The notes: generated from the sequence alone by a model not told the origin. 64,000 nucleotides of DNA from Eledone cirrhosa (GCA_964016885.1 OZ024743.1:156674001-156738000), one strand, 5' to 3'. Counted from the stretch's first letter, positions 1 to 13,373 are shown. Numbers and translations are program-made.

Positions 1-965
1 GGTAAAGTAGTCTATCTTAGACCAACAACCGCTATATTGGCTCCCACTTTGAAGGATACGCTTTTTCAATTCAAGAACAGGAAATTAACACGAAATACCT
101 CATTCACAAAACAGATAGGGATGCAGTCAAAACACCTAGATGTGATAATAAGTGCTGACTCTGCAGAATTAACATCAAAGATGTCACGCATATCATCAGC
201 AGCTGTCCAAATATGTCATCGTGGTACGATCTACCTATGAGGCATGATGCAGTGGGCAAACGACTGTACAGTGCAATCCCTAGAAAAGATAGCCCCGATA
301 ATAAACACTTAAGAATCTACAGCAATGTGGAAGACATCCATATACATAATATGAAAGAGTACTGATGGAATGTTCCAGTAAAATCCCCAATAAAATGCAG
401 GCATAACAGACCATATATTATGATATGGGACAGGGAGAAGAAAGCATGCACAGTAGTGGAAGTTAGCTGCCCAGCAGTTGCCAATATACTATCAAAGATT
501 AGCGAAAAGAAGAATATTTATGCAGAACTGATGATAAATCTGCAGATACTCCACCCTCATTACACCTTTAGATTTATGCCTGTGATTATTGGGGCACTTG
601 AGTATGTTAGTAACTGCGGCAATACAAATCTTGAGAAACTAAGCTTAACAGGAACTGAAAGAACACAACGTGTTAGGAAATTATAAGTACAATCCATTAA
701 TGGAAGAATAAAATTATGTAAAAACGTTCCAAATATTTTGCATTTAATCACATGTACAGATACAAAGCATATACACATACACACACAACTCAAAACATAC
801 ATATCCACACATACAATAACATCCATATCTACACATGCATGCAGGCATGCATACATAATCTACCTAGTCGATGTCCTGTAAATTCCAATGACAGCGTCTT
901 GCATCTATGTTAGCAACCGATTCTCTCTCTATTGGTAAGAATTTGAGAAATTATAAAACCAGAAG
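1..965 (+). mobile_element. 3' fragment of an R4/Dong-like (RLE-type) non-LTR retrotransposon, degenerate, with probable 3' UTR
   Basis: ORF 420-686 and its upstream frame read ..HNRP(Y)IMIWDREKKACTVVEVSCP..K..Y.....FMPVIIGAL, matching the restriction-like endonuclease motif RPD..D/E..K.KY..P+V+GALG. Zn-knuckle/RHD remnants lie upstream. Stops and frameshifts are present. Confidence 0.8.
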
Positions 966-1004
966 TATATACATACATGTATTCCTATATACTTACAAAA
1001 AAAA

Positions 1005-1580
1005 ACGACACAGATCTGGGATGTATTCGAGACCAAGCAAGCTGAGGAAAAGTTTGGGTTTTCCTCTGGATGCATCAGAGCTGACCAAATATACATACAG
1101 TGGACAATCTCTGAGAAACCATGGAATTCACGCTAAGAGGCATGTGATTTTGTTCTACGGAACTTCATATGGAAGGTTCTGCAGCTTTATGGCATCCATA
1201 CATCTTGTTGACCTGATGTTTCTATAAGAAGTCCCTAAAATTTGTATTCGGATAAATGGCGTAAATCGAAACCATTCAATGTGGGTGATGCAGTCGGCCA
1301 GGGCTAATTTCTATCACCTTTACTTTTCATAATATTTATAGAGGGGATTGGCAGGCGCAGCCATGCTGGAAATGGTGTCTAGTAGGGTCAGTCTTCTTGA
1401 ATTTGCAGACGACATAGTACTACTCAAATCACCAATAGTTAATATCTGACATGGACCTGATGAGGCTGTTGCCCAGTGCTGCATAGCAGGAATGAGAAAC
1501 AAGAGAGTGAATACTGAAATATACATCATCTCCAGGAAGCCTACGCAGTTCTCTTTACATGAAGAAAAAGAAAGTGAACT
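1005..1580 (+). mobile_element. RTE-clade LINE reverse transcriptase fragment (degenerate)
   Basis: The + frames give EEKFGF..G....DQI (RT domain 2), VGDAVGQG..LSP (domain 4) and RVSLLEFADDIVLL (YADD-type motif, ~1385-1425). Confidence 0.7.
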
Positions 1581-1677
1581 GATATGTCACCATATCCATA
1601 TGTTTCATCAGTTGTTTTCTTATCCAAACACACGTATGCACCTGCTCACAAACATACATGCATGCACTCATACCTAC

Positions 1678-1700
1678 ACACACACACACATACACACATT

Positions 1701-1782
<82 letters not shown>
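1678..1782. repeat. (CA)n/(TA)n microsatellite, representative of dozens of (AT)n, (GT)n, (GA)n and (TAA)n tracts in the window
   Basis: Directly visible. Other long tracts: 2045-2109, 2889-2959, 8066-8302, 19230-19340, 21820-21960, 42405-42585, 46200-46360, 49465-49675, 60925-61050. Confidence 0.98.
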
Positions 1783-1785
<3 letters not shown>

Positions 1786-2042
1786 GGATTTAAATGGATA
1801 CATTTCAGTATAAGGAATTTATTGACATATGTTTCAATAACAGTTATATAACCTGAATACAGCTGCTAACTACAAAGTATTAATTATGCAGACACTCAAT
1901 ATTTCAATGTTTTTTTCAACTACCATTTCATCAGAATAATATCATTGAGAACATGTTTGGTTTTTATAGAGAATATTAAGAGCGAGGAGTGAATTCTTTA
2001 TACACATCTTAGTGTGTTACACTTCTCTTTGTGTAATATATT

Positions 2043-2109
<67 letters not shown>

Positions 2110-2114
<5 letters not shown>

Positions 2115-2441
2115 TAAATCTACCAAAAGTTTACGGTAGTGTCCAACCCGTATGAAGAACTCAATGTAATCCGGATATCATGAAAAGAGAAGATGCATTC
2201 AAAGATTACTTTCGGTGAAAAATAAACGGAAAACAGAGTCAAGATAAATTATTAAAAAAATAATGAATAAACAAAGAAATAGTTCCTTATATTAAAAAAA
2301 TTCATTATTTTACGATCGTTTCTAGGATATACATGTGTTAGAGTTGGTATGCATATTCTATAGATCTATGTACAATATTTAAACAAACTATCAGAGGGAA
2401 TATACATGCCTTCACATATATATGCTGTCTTCAGAAATAAT
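2110..2441 (-). mobile_element. Solo Penelope-like pLTR/tail (family A) between (AT)n tracts
   Basis: Homologous to 13745-14044, the 3' end of a PLE with RT and GIY-YIG remnants. Carries an HHR. Confidence 0.75.
2304..2441 (-). ncRNA. Type I hammerhead ribozyme, family A, long stem II
   Basis: Minus strand: ATTATTT-CTGAAGA-[~105 nt closed by ATATATATGTG/CACATGTATAT]-GAAAC-GATC-GTA^AAATAAT. 7-bp stem I; palindromic stem III ACGATCGT. Confidence 0.75.
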
Positions 2442-2886
2442 TTATATATATATATATACAAATATATTACACAAAGAGAAGTGTAACACACTAAGATGTG
2501 TATAAAGAATTATTACAAGTGAGGTTAGATGTGTCGTGAACAGTATCCACATTTGCTGACTGAGGATCCTGTGACCTGTTATACTGCACATATCAGTGGT
2601 GAAACGAAGCGAGATTCGTATCAGCAAACTTATAGTTATAAGGTTGGTAATTTAAAACTCTAATTCAGAGATTTGATTCTGACTTAGTTTTTTTCTAGTT
2701 TTTTTAATTCGCAAACCTATAGATATTGTTCTCTATACAGTAACGGTAAAACTCACATAATTATTTACACACTTCTCTTTGTGAAATATATTTGCATTTG
2801 AGCTCAGAAGAAAATTGTCTATTCTTCTTTGAGCTAATACTATTATTATGGACTGCGGAATACTCTTAATTCCGATATTTGTATAG

Positions 2887-2957
<71 letters not shown>

Positions 2958-2960
<3 letters not shown>

Positions 2961-3425
2961 TTATATATATAAGTATGTATACCTACATACATATACGTAT
3001 ACAGACGTACAGTACAGTAGTATGTATATATATACATACATGCACACATCTATATATTTACGTATGGATTCACCGAACATTTATTATAATGCTCGGTTTG
3101 TTTGTAAACAAACATCCCGAATTACGCCGTACAGTGTTTAGCAACCATCGTTGCCCTTTTGTTCAACACTGACAAAGGGACGATGTACTTGTTTCAAGCT
3201 TATTAGCTATCGTCAGCACCGTATACCTTCTTGTCAGATGATTGAACGTCTGAAAATATATACTTTCCTTAATGCATATTAACGGCGGAGCAGCCTAATT
3301 TGCATATCGAGTGAGTTAATCAGCCGGGCGCACAGAAAACGATAAATGGAAAACGGCTTAATTCGGGATGTTTGTTTACAAATAAACCGAGCATTATAAT
3401 AAATGTACGGTAAATCCATACGTAC

Positions 3426-3472
<47 letters not shown>

Positions 3473-3911
3473 CATGTATGTATATACATACATACTACTG
3501 TACGTCTGTATACATATATGTATGTACGTATACATACTTAAATTTAAGTAACAGCCGTACTAAGATTGAGAAATGAAATTTCGTTTCATTTTTTCAATTT
3601 ATCGTTTTCGGTGCGCCCGGCCGATTATCTCATTCGATATGCAAATTAGGCTGCCAGCCGTTAATATGCATAAGGAAAGTATAAACTTTCAGATGTTCAA
3701 TCATCTGGCAGGAAGGTATACGGTCTTGACGATAGCTAATAAGCTTGAAACTTGTACATCGTTCCTTTGTCAGTGTTGAACAAAAGGGCAACGATGGTTG
3801 CTAAACACTGTACGGCTTAATTCGGGATGTTTGTTTACAAACAAACTGAGCATTATGATAAATGTTCGGTGAATCCATACGTACATATATATATATATAT
3901 ATGTGTACATG

Positions 3912-3930
<19 letters not shown>
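2958..3930. mobile_element. Family B HHR element in inverted arrangement (minus copy ~2958-3350, plus copy ~3353-3930)
   Basis: The two parts are reverse complements of each other and homologous to 8300-8977 and to the tandem array 46640-48652. Flanked by (AT)n. Confidence 0.8.
3181..3221 (-). ncRNA. Minimal type I hammerhead ribozyme, family B
   Basis: Minus strand: CGGTG-CTGACGA-TAGCT AATA AGCTT-GAAAC AA GTA^CATCG. The plus copy at 3721-3761 is degenerate (CGGTC-TTGACGA). Confidence 0.8.
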
Positions 3931-3980
<50 letters not shown>

Positions 3981-4053
3981 CAGAGTATAAAAGTTTTAAT
4001 ATAGATGAGATTCTACAGGTCTAGAACTGTGTTTCATTCATTAGAAATCATCA

Positions 4054-4098
<45 letters not shown>

Positions 4099-4218
4099 CT
4101 ACTGTACGTATGTATACGTATATGTATGTACATATACATACTTATAACTTATATTTAAATAAGAGTCGTACTAAGAGTGAGAGATGAAATTTCATTTCAT
4201 TTTTTCCATTTATATATA

Positions 4219-4513
4219 TATATTAATAAAAAGAATTACAAATTTGTCTGATTTTCTCGTTTTATTTACAATCCTTTGAAATTATAATTATATTATAATG
4301 AAATAGTATGCAGAAAATTGCAAACTTGACTGTCACCACTGAATTTGAACCTGAAGATTGCGAAAGCATGAAAGTACTTGTTCAATTAACACTTAACATT
4401 TAATATCCTACCATAGTATTTCATTATAATATCATTAACATATCATTATAATTTTAAAGGATTGTAAATAAAACGAGTAAATCAGACAAAGCTGGAATTA
4501 CTTTTATTAATAT
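4219..4513. mobile_element. Small fold-back element with ~90-bp imperfect inverted arms enclosing an HHR (family C)
   Basis: 4219-4310 is the imperfect reverse complement of 4412-4513 (e.g. TTTTATTTACAATCCTTT / AAAGGATTGTAAATAAAA). Confidence 0.7.
4345..4385 (+). ncRNA. Minimal type I hammerhead ribozyme, family C
   Basis: TTGAAC-CTGAAGA-T TGC GAAA GCA T-GAAA GTAC TT^GTTCAA. 6-bp stem I, GNRA-capped stem II, palindromic AGTACT stem III. Confidence 0.8.
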
Positions 4514-5026
4514 AATATTTTATATACAATCATACACACCCGTGTATATCTATATATCTATATATATATAAAATGTTTCTTCTCTCTTCATAATGTATTT
4601 TTAACTCTGATACTGGTTCAGTCTGGTTCAAACTGAATTGGTCTGTCCCAGTCATTCATTGAGCAACATCGGTGAAGTTGGCACCCTTAACTCACAGTTG
4701 GGTGCGGATGCATTCATGTATATATGTGTGTGTCCGCATGTATCTGTGTGTTTCTAAATATATTAATAACTCCCTCTGGTCGAGCAATCTTTGAGGTGTG
4801 GGGACAACTGGAAAGCTTCCATTACTCATACTTCTCGCCTTCTTCACTACCTCTTCTGCGGCCTCGATATGAATACCCCCTCCGCCTCCGTGGTATTTTC
4901 TTCGTGGTTATAAGAGGCTTAGCTCTGTTTCTCGACCGTTATATCGCGTGACTATCTCCCCCTCCGCCTTTTGGGATTCTTTCTCACGTCGTGTAGACGC
5001 GTTCTTGAGACTAGTAAAATGAGGTA

Positions 5027-5114
5027 TCCTCTTGATAAGTCGGCAGACCTCGCAAGGACTCTATATCTTTGATATATTGTTTTTGTTTATGCCACGAAAC
5101 TACGTAGTCGAGGA
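5027..5114 (+). ncRNA. Variant hammerhead ribozyme, family D copy 1 (U3-A8 core)
   Basis: TCCTC-TTGATAA-GT(C)GGCA[loop with two small hairpins]TGCCAC-GAAAC TACGTA GTC^GAGGA. Stem III palindrome ACTACGTAGT; predicted cut after C5109. Confidence 0.72.
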
Positions 5115-5617
5115 ATTTAGGAACAGTTTAGGTATGATACATTTTATTACTAATTATATCTAAATGTTTCTTCTCTCTTCATAATGTATTTTTAACTCTG
5201 ATACTGGTTCAGTCTGGTTCAAACTGAATTGGTCTGTCCCAGTCATTCATTGAGCAACATCGGTGAAGTTGGCACCCTTAACTCACAGTTGGGTGCGGAT
5301 GCATTCATGTATATATGTTTGTGTCCGCATGTATCTGTGTGTTTCTAAATATATTAATAACTCCCTCTGGTCGAGCAATCTTTGAGGTGTGGGGACAACT
5401 GGAAAGCTTCCATTACTCATACTTCTCGCCTTCTTCACTACCTCTTCTGCGGCCTCGATATGAATACCCCCTCCGCCTCCGTGGTATTTTCTTCGTGGTT
5501 ATAAGAGGCTTAGCTCTGTTTCTCGACCGTTATATCGCGTGACTATCTCCCCCTCCGCCTTTTGGGATTCTTTCTCACGTCGTGTAGACGCGTTCTTAAG
5601 ACTAGTAAAATGAGGTA

Positions 5618-5705
5618 TCCTCTTGATGAGTCGGCAGACCTCGCAAGGACTCTATATCTTTGATATATTGTTTTTGTTTATGCCACGAAACTACGTAGTC
5701 GAGGA
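5618..5705 (+). ncRNA. Variant hammerhead ribozyme, family D copy 2 (U3-G8 core)
   Basis: Same fold with core TTGATGA; predicted cut after C5700. Confidence 0.72.
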
Positions 5706-5774
5706 ATTTAGGAACAGTTTAGGTATGATACATTTTATTACTAATTATATCTAAATGTTTCTTCTCTCTTCATA

Positions 5775-5831
<57 letters not shown>

Positions 5832-6844
5832 ATATACGGATTAACAAATAATAGTTAAATGCAGTCCACTTAGGTGAAGTCCAGTTATGGTATTCCAGGT
5901 AGTGGATGATATTAACGCTTGGCTTGGTTTGACTCAACAAGGTGTTTTCATAGTGATGCTGCGGGTATGCTGTAATTCCTATGTTGTAAACACTTGGAGT
6001 AATAATAAATCACGAAAGAAGGTTTACATGGTTTGCAATACAAAAAAGTTTTTAATCACATAGCTTACATTTGTTTCACTGAACCTGTATGTCTAGAAAT
6101 CGCTATCCGCTTAATTTTGCGTTACTCGATCGCCAATACAGAATTATAACCAGTCAGATCTTCGGAGCATGCAAGAATGAAGAAAATACACAGGCAAGAA
6201 AAGAAAAAAAATACAGGCTACTATATGGAGTAGTAATGGCATTCAATTAGAACAATAACAACAATTACAACAATGCTATCAATAAATTATTTAAGGAGAC
6301 CCTGACATTACTTAGGTGGGAGGTATATAATGTATCTAATGTTACGGCGTGAAAACTAGCTGTCATAAGGCAAAATGAAGCGTTGACATGTACAGAGTAT
6401 CGTAGTGTGTATCAATTTTAAATTATAAAGATGAGCTAGTTTTTACAGTCTTTCTCTTCATCTTCAACAGTATACATGAGTGGGACCACTGTCAAAGCTA
6501 AATAGTTGTAGAGTTAATACAGAGGTTAACGAATTAATATACGCATATATCTACGCACACACACACACATACACATACACACATACACACATACACACAT
6601 ATATATATATATATAAATATATATACACATATATACACATGCATGCGTACATAGACACATACATACACATCAATATACACTCGTACAAAAATATACATAC
6701 ATGCAAAGAGAAAAGCGTGCTAATTGTAATTATGGCAAAAAGAAGGTAAAGTAACATTGTAGTAGTGAAATGAGAAAAACTAGGATCTAGGATCAAATGA
6801 TTGCAGCAGCTGAGAAGGAGTAAGATTTTAAGAAAAGATGATAT

Positions 6845-7126
6845 GTGCACAGGCACACAATGAAAAACCGTGCACTTATGGGTTCCACCACCCTCGCCAG
6901 AACAATATGGGAATTGAAGGACAGCAACACTAACTACAGTATCAACTGGTCAAACTTGTCGGCTGCTAAAACCTATAGTACAGGGATGTCCTATTGCGGG
7001 CTGTGTGATCTTGAGCTATTGTATATCCTTAGAAATGTTAAAAGGCTACTTAATAATAAGTTAGAAAGATCTATCTTCTGCAGACATAGAATAGTCACTA
7101 AATTCATAAGATTCAAACCTCCGTGA
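6845..7126 (+). pseudogene. C-terminal part of a PLE GIY-YIG endonuclease
   Basis: STTLARTIWELKD..YSINW..L..A..Y......CGLCDLE...I......N...E....CRHR is the typical PLE endonuclease tail. Truncated at its 5' end by the inverted arm. Confidence 0.85.
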
Positions 7127-7898
7127 ATCGAACCAACATAACATAGCTTTAAATTAGGATACCTAGTACCCACAGAAATATATTCATTAAGTATACTATA
7201 TCCTTCACAATTCTATACCACACAATTGTCTGTAAGTACCTCATCTACCAACAATCTTACTCCTTCTCAGCTGCTGCAATCATTTGATACTAGATCCTAG
7301 TTTTTCTCATTTCACTACTATAATGTTACTTTACCTTCTTTTTGCCATAATTACGATTAGCACGCTTTTCTCTTTGCATGTATGTATATTTTTGTACGAG
7401 TGTATATTGATGTGTATGTATGTGTCTATGTACGCATGCATGTGTATATATGTGTATATATATTTATATATATATATATGTGTGTGTGTGTGTATGTGTA
7501 TGTGTGTGTGTGTGCGTAGATATATGCGTATATTAAATCGTTAACCTCTGTATTAACTCTACAACTATTTAGCTTTGACAGTGGTCCCACTCATGTATAC
7601 GGTTGAAGATGAAGAGAAAGACTGTAAAAACTAGCTTACTTTATAATTTAAAATTGATACACACTACGATACTCTGTACATGTCAACGCTTCATTTTGCC
7701 TTATGACAGCTAGTTTCCACGCCGTAACATTAGATACATTATATACCCCCCACCTAAGTAATGTCAGGGTCTCCTTAAATAATTTATTGATAGCATTGTT
7801 GTAATTGTTGTTATTGTTCTAATTGAATGCCATTACTACTCCATATAGTAGCCTGTATGTTCTTTTCTTTTCTTGCCTGTGTATTTTCTTCATTCTCG

Positions 7899-8010
7899 CA
7901 TGCTCCGAAGATCTGACTGGTTATAATTCTGTATTGGCGATCGAGTAACGCAAAATTAAGCGGATAGCGATCTCTAGACATACCAGTTCAGTGAAACAAA
8001 TGTAAGCTAT
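7899..8010 (+). ncRNA. Variant hammerhead ribozyme, family E (CCGAAGA core, long stem II); mirror copy at 6059-6171 (-)
   Basis: CATGCT-CCGAAGA-T CTGACTGG[~60 nt]CCAGTTCAG T-GAAACA AA TGTA^AGCTATG. Confidence 0.62.
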
Positions 8011-8062
8011 GTGATTAACAACTTTTTTGTATAGCAAACCATGTAAACCTTCTTTCCTGATT

Positions 8063-8131
<69 letters not shown>

Positions 8132-8194
8132 TATATAAAACAGAGGTGTGTTAAGTTACCAGGCTCCATCTGGTTCCTTACCACAATTCCTTTG

Positions 8195-9036
<842 letters not shown>

Positions 9037-9039
<3 letters not shown>

Positions 9040-9497
9040 AAAGTTTTATTTAAAATTGTTGGGTTACAACGGGTAAATATTTTATAACTGATATAAAAGC
9101 ACTCAACTGGTTTTGGAGTAGGTTTACGATATTAAACAAATGGAAACTATATTTACAAAACCATATTTATTTCATTATATATATTTCTGGGATATCATAT
9201 TAAAAATATTTTTTGTTTTCCTCAGACAAAATACAATATATAAGCCGTTTTATGAATAAATTTGACATACCTTAAAATAATGCAACTTCCATTTAAAAAG
9301 TTGATTTGGTAGCTACCAAATCAACTTTTTAAATGGAAGTTGCATTATTTTAAGGTATGTCAAATTTATTCATAAAACGGCTTATATATTGTATTTTGTC
9401 TGAGGAAGTCAAACCATATTTTTAATATGATATCCCAGAAATATATATAATGAAATAAATATGGTTTTGTAAATATAGTTTCCATTTGTTTAATATC

Positions 9498-9500
<3 letters not shown>
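9037..9500. mobile_element. Family F fold-back HHR element: 376-bp spacerless palindrome 9125-9500 plus tail 9037-9124
   Basis: Symmetry centre 9312/9313 (GGTAG|CTACC). HHRs at 9392-9457 (+; TATTTTGT-CTGAGGA..GAAATATATATA^ATGAAATA) and 9168-9233 (-). (AT)n on both sides. Confidence 0.88.
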
Positions 9501-9562
<62 letters not shown>

Positions 9563-10464
9563 CATCGGTGTATGTGTGTGTACGTGTTTGTATACACGAA
9601 GTGGTTCCGTACAGCTCTAGTCGTTCCATTTAAGGATATTACAAAGAGTGCATGCGGTGAGATTAAAGTCTACGTGTGGTTAATGGCATTTGCATTGCGT
9701 AGATTGTTTATACTTGTATCAACTGCAAATATAATTCACATTAATTAAGTAATAACTATATGTATTACATAACTGGCCTCTGGAGCACAGCCTCTGCGGT
9801 TGATCACCCTCCTCAAAGGCGACTGTACTTGTATAAGTCGTTTGGTTAAACGACTCTATAAAGTCTAGTTGCTGACATACAATTAGTATAGCAGTTTCAG
9901 ACTAACATGTGACAACCCCCAAAGCGGATGTCGGTCTCAAACCGACCATTGTGAGTGAAAAACTTAGCGGAAAATTGAAAAGGTCTCCCTCGGGCTACTT
10001 ATGAAAAGAGCAGAGACAGACCTGCAAAATATGTATATAAATTGAACTAAAATAAATTAAAATGTTCAACTCATGATCAAAAGCAAGATAAAATAAAATC
10101 TGTTTACACGATAGTCGAAGAGAATCCATGCAGATCCGACTGAGAATTATTCAATGATATTAAAAGAAATGTAATTTAGAAATGTAAATGTATAACAGTG
10201 CACACATATGTTAACAGTAAGAACATGTTGCAAATAGTGATACTTGTATATCATATAAACCTGAATTGGCGACAGTTGGTGTTCCGAAGGGAATCGGGAA
10301 GAGAGTACATTTAGCAGAGAAAACTATAATTGAAATCAGTTATTATTAATATAACGTCGAAACTGTATATTCAAATGTTAAGATTTAAAATCACATAATG
10401 TACAGTAAAACAAAAGTTTCTATTAATGTGGCATATCAATTAATGAAACTTTGATCAAAGGTAA

Positions 10465-12150
10465 TTGTAATGAGAAAGCTACTGCACTTACCGCAATTCT
10501 GCCAACTCACTCAGCGAGCTAGGCTCATCCACGTCGATATAATACCTTCGCCAAGTTGCAGCTCGCAATTCGCACCTCCGTCCGTTGGGGGTTAGAGCCG
10601 AAAGAGGACTCACGGATGCTCCTGGGAACGCATCTCAAGTCACTTCCCCTTCCGCCTCCGGACGATCGACCCCAGCTTCCGGTTTCCTCCTCCACACCAC
10701 CACACCATCCCCATACGCCCCCCTGATCTCAAGGATCAATCCCCCCCCCCTCACACTGCTGCATGTGATAATCTGCCGTCCAGCCAGGCGGTCGGCAATC
10801 TCGATGCGATCTCCGTAATGTTGGGGCGGTGCTTTGGATTTCCTCATCCTCGGAGTCCGTCGACACAGCCACTCTACACACATCCAGGATATGACGTGGC
10901 ACTCCGGCCACGGACACGTTATTCTTGGAATTTACGGCCGTTACCGTTCCCTTTCCCCATTGAGAAGTGAAACAGACTTCTTCTCCCACCTGTACGAATG
11001 CGTTGTCTCTCTCCACAGGCCGTTGTGGTACAGTGCACGGGTGCTGCCACTCGTATCTGTATATTGTTCTGTGTGGCACCGATTCCTCAGCCTGTCCCAC
11101 CCGAGGGGACATGTTGTACGAAAACACTGCTTGCATTGGTAATATGTGCCGCCGCCCCTACATTGCTTTGATTGTGCGATGGTTTTGCAACACGATTCCA
11201 TTTCCGCTCAGCCTGTATGCTGCTCTGAAGAAGCAGTCCACCTTCCACCCATCAAGCATCTCCCTCAGCACCTCCGAGCGGAACGCTGCGTTGTTGTCCA
11301 TCAGCAATTCATCCACAGGGCACCGTTCCAAGCATATCTCTCTCAACGTCCGTGTGTTTTACTCCGCAGTTCCCGCCTTCATTTCCCTCCATGTACCCAT
11401 ACGTCCCGGTCCACAGTCAACCATCGAGAGGTATGTTACCTGTCGGTAGTGTGTTACGTCCACCGCCAATCGCTTCCAGTCGCGAGCCACCGGGAGACTT
11501 CCCGTCTCGTGCACACCCGGGAATCGATAGACTGACATCGGACGCAGTCTCTGTCCTAGCACGGCTCCTCCCTCCAACGCCACCGGCGGCTTCGCAGTCA
11601 ATCCGTACCCTTCTAAATGGCTCGTGACCTCCGCCGCCGACACTAGAGTCTCATCCACTAGGATGTCGTCGATGTAGGAATTGGTGGTCCACTTCATCTT
11701 GTCGGCCTTTCCCAGAATGGTCTTAAACACCGCCGCCATGATCTTCGGTGCAGAGTTCAGCCCGAAGCCGAGCCTGGTCAAGCAATATGTCCGACCCTTA
11801 CACATGACCAGCTCATACTGCCACTGCTTCTCCTCCACGTGTAGATATGCCGACTCTTTTGTTGTTATAGATGCCGAAATAGCTTGTAATGAGAAAGCTA
11901 CTGCACTTACCGCAATTCTGCTAGCTCACTCAGCGAGCTAGACTCATCCACATGGGTATAATATGTTCGCCAAGTTGCAGCTCACAATTCGCACTCCATC
12001 CGTCGCGGATAACAGCCGAAAAAGGGCCCACGGATGCTCCTGGATACTCATCTCACGTCACTTCCTCTTCCACCTCCGGAAGATCGTTCCCATCTTCCGG
12101 TCACCTCCTCCACACCACCACACCATCCCACAGTAATGCCGGCAGTGTAC
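10465..12150 (-). mobile_element. Internally deleted Ty3/Gypsy LTR retrotransposon
   Basis: Minus ORF 11359-11838 has RT motifs (YCLTRLGFGLNSAP, YIDD). Integrase core lies in 11158-11500 (LAVDVTHY, ELLMDN..AFRS, SGNGIV). Direct repeats 10465-10710 and 11860-12150 are the LTRs. A polypurine tract (G11 on minus, 10741-10750) abuts the 3' LTR; the 5' LTR ends ...ACAACA at 11860. Confidence 0.88.
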
Positions 12151-12698
12151 TGTGAGTTTTGTAGTTCAATTCTCACTGTCATCCCTGTCAACGTGTGTCC
12201 GTCTATTTACAAATATACACAAAACATGACATAGAATGTCACTGTTTGTTACAGGTGACATGGCAAAGTCATATGTTTATGGAACTGTTCAGCTAATGAA
12301 TTATGTATGTTGAAGGAAAATACGTGTCATGTTATTCTAATTATACTAAAAGAAAGTTGACATATAATACATTTCTATACGATATGTGTAGCTGATAGTA
12401 GAGAAAATATTTTTTTACGTAACATATGGTTACAAGTCAACAACAAGAACAACAACAGCTACACAACTTACAAAAGCAATTGCCATAACAACTTGTTTCA
12501 AGTTTGGCTTCGATGTAACGTTTCTCTACTTACATTAAACATGACGGTAGCATAGTGACTTATTCATGATGATGGTGATGCTGACCATGATGATCATGAT
12601 CATCATCATGATGACGATGAAGATGATGATGATGATGACGATGATGGTTGTGCTGGTGACGCTGATGTATATGACGCTAATGGCGGGAGTGGTGATCA

Positions 12699-12724
12699 TC
12701 TATATATATAAATCTGAGGATGTC

Positions 12725-12782
<58 letters not shown>

Positions 12783-12790
12783 CGTGTGTG

Positions 12791-12834
<44 letters not shown>

Positions 12835-13373
12835 ACTTAAATCTCGAGAAGTAACCAACCGAATTTTTTTCAAACTTTAGATGTGTATTACTTATGTTTC
12901 ACGGAGTTTTATGCACATAAATAAATTCAACTGCGTTTTTTCAGCCTTTTGGGGGGTTTTAGAGGCGTTACGTGAGACCGATTTCCTTAAAATTGTAACT
13001 ATGTATTAGTCAGTCTCTTCTTCATACTGTGAGCAAAGAAAATCCAACTTTTTCATGGCCTAGGTGAAACACCTCATTTTTTCAGCTTTTGAGGGCTCTT
13101 TTGAGGCGTTACGTGTAGCCGATTTCCCGACATTTCAAGGCATATTGAGTACATAAAAAAATTCATTTTCTTGATCCCCTAGGGCTCGCATTAGGTGAAA
13201 ACATACATTTTTACTGCTTCATCGAGGAAATTCTTAAAGATTATCCAGCCATCAGAGTATTCGGTGTATTTTCTTTACATATTGTCCAGGTATGCACTGT
13301 TTCCACGATTAGGTCCATTGGCGGCCCGCGTCCCAAAATACGTATCCCGTGCAACGCCGGGTACCACTGCTAG
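12699..13373 (+). mobile_element. Complete non-autonomous Helitron
   Basis: 5' A|TCTATATATATAAA, internal (GTCT)/(GT)n, subterminal hairpin CCCGTGCAACGCCGGG (13346-13361), 3' CTAG|T. Inserted between A and T with no TSD. Confidence 0.85.

Larger units (their letters stand above)
4571..5780 (+). repeat. Tandem array of two (plus ~28 bp) 591-bp near-identical non-coding units, one HHR per unit (family D, retrozyme-like)
   Basis: Unit starts at 4571, 5162 and 5753 (period 591). The identical 75-aa ORFs at 4724 and 5315 confirm the period. Flanked by (AT)n. Confidence 0.92.
5835..8065 (+). mobile_element. 5'-truncated Penelope-like element with ~820-bp inverted pLTR arms (6005-6827 / 7253-8065), family E
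   Basis: The arms are near-perfect reverse complements. The spacer encodes a PLE GIY-YIG C-terminus. Bounded by (AT)n on both sides. Confidence 0.88.

Noticed and set aside
4724-5542. Duplicated 75-aa ORFs in the 591-bp units
   Set aside because: Their identity simply reflects the tandem duplication. They start in a microsatellite remnant and have no recognisable domain. A small peptide cannot be strictly excluded.
5835-8065. Long inverted arms as DNA-transposon TIRs, DIRS ITRs or assembly artefacts
   Set aside because: The spacers encode PLE GIY-YIG, not transposase or tyrosine recombinase. The arms are asymmetric (tail on one side only) and differ by scattered substitutions and indels, which argues against a simple read fold-back artefact. 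A raw-read check is still advisable for the nearly identical family H arms.
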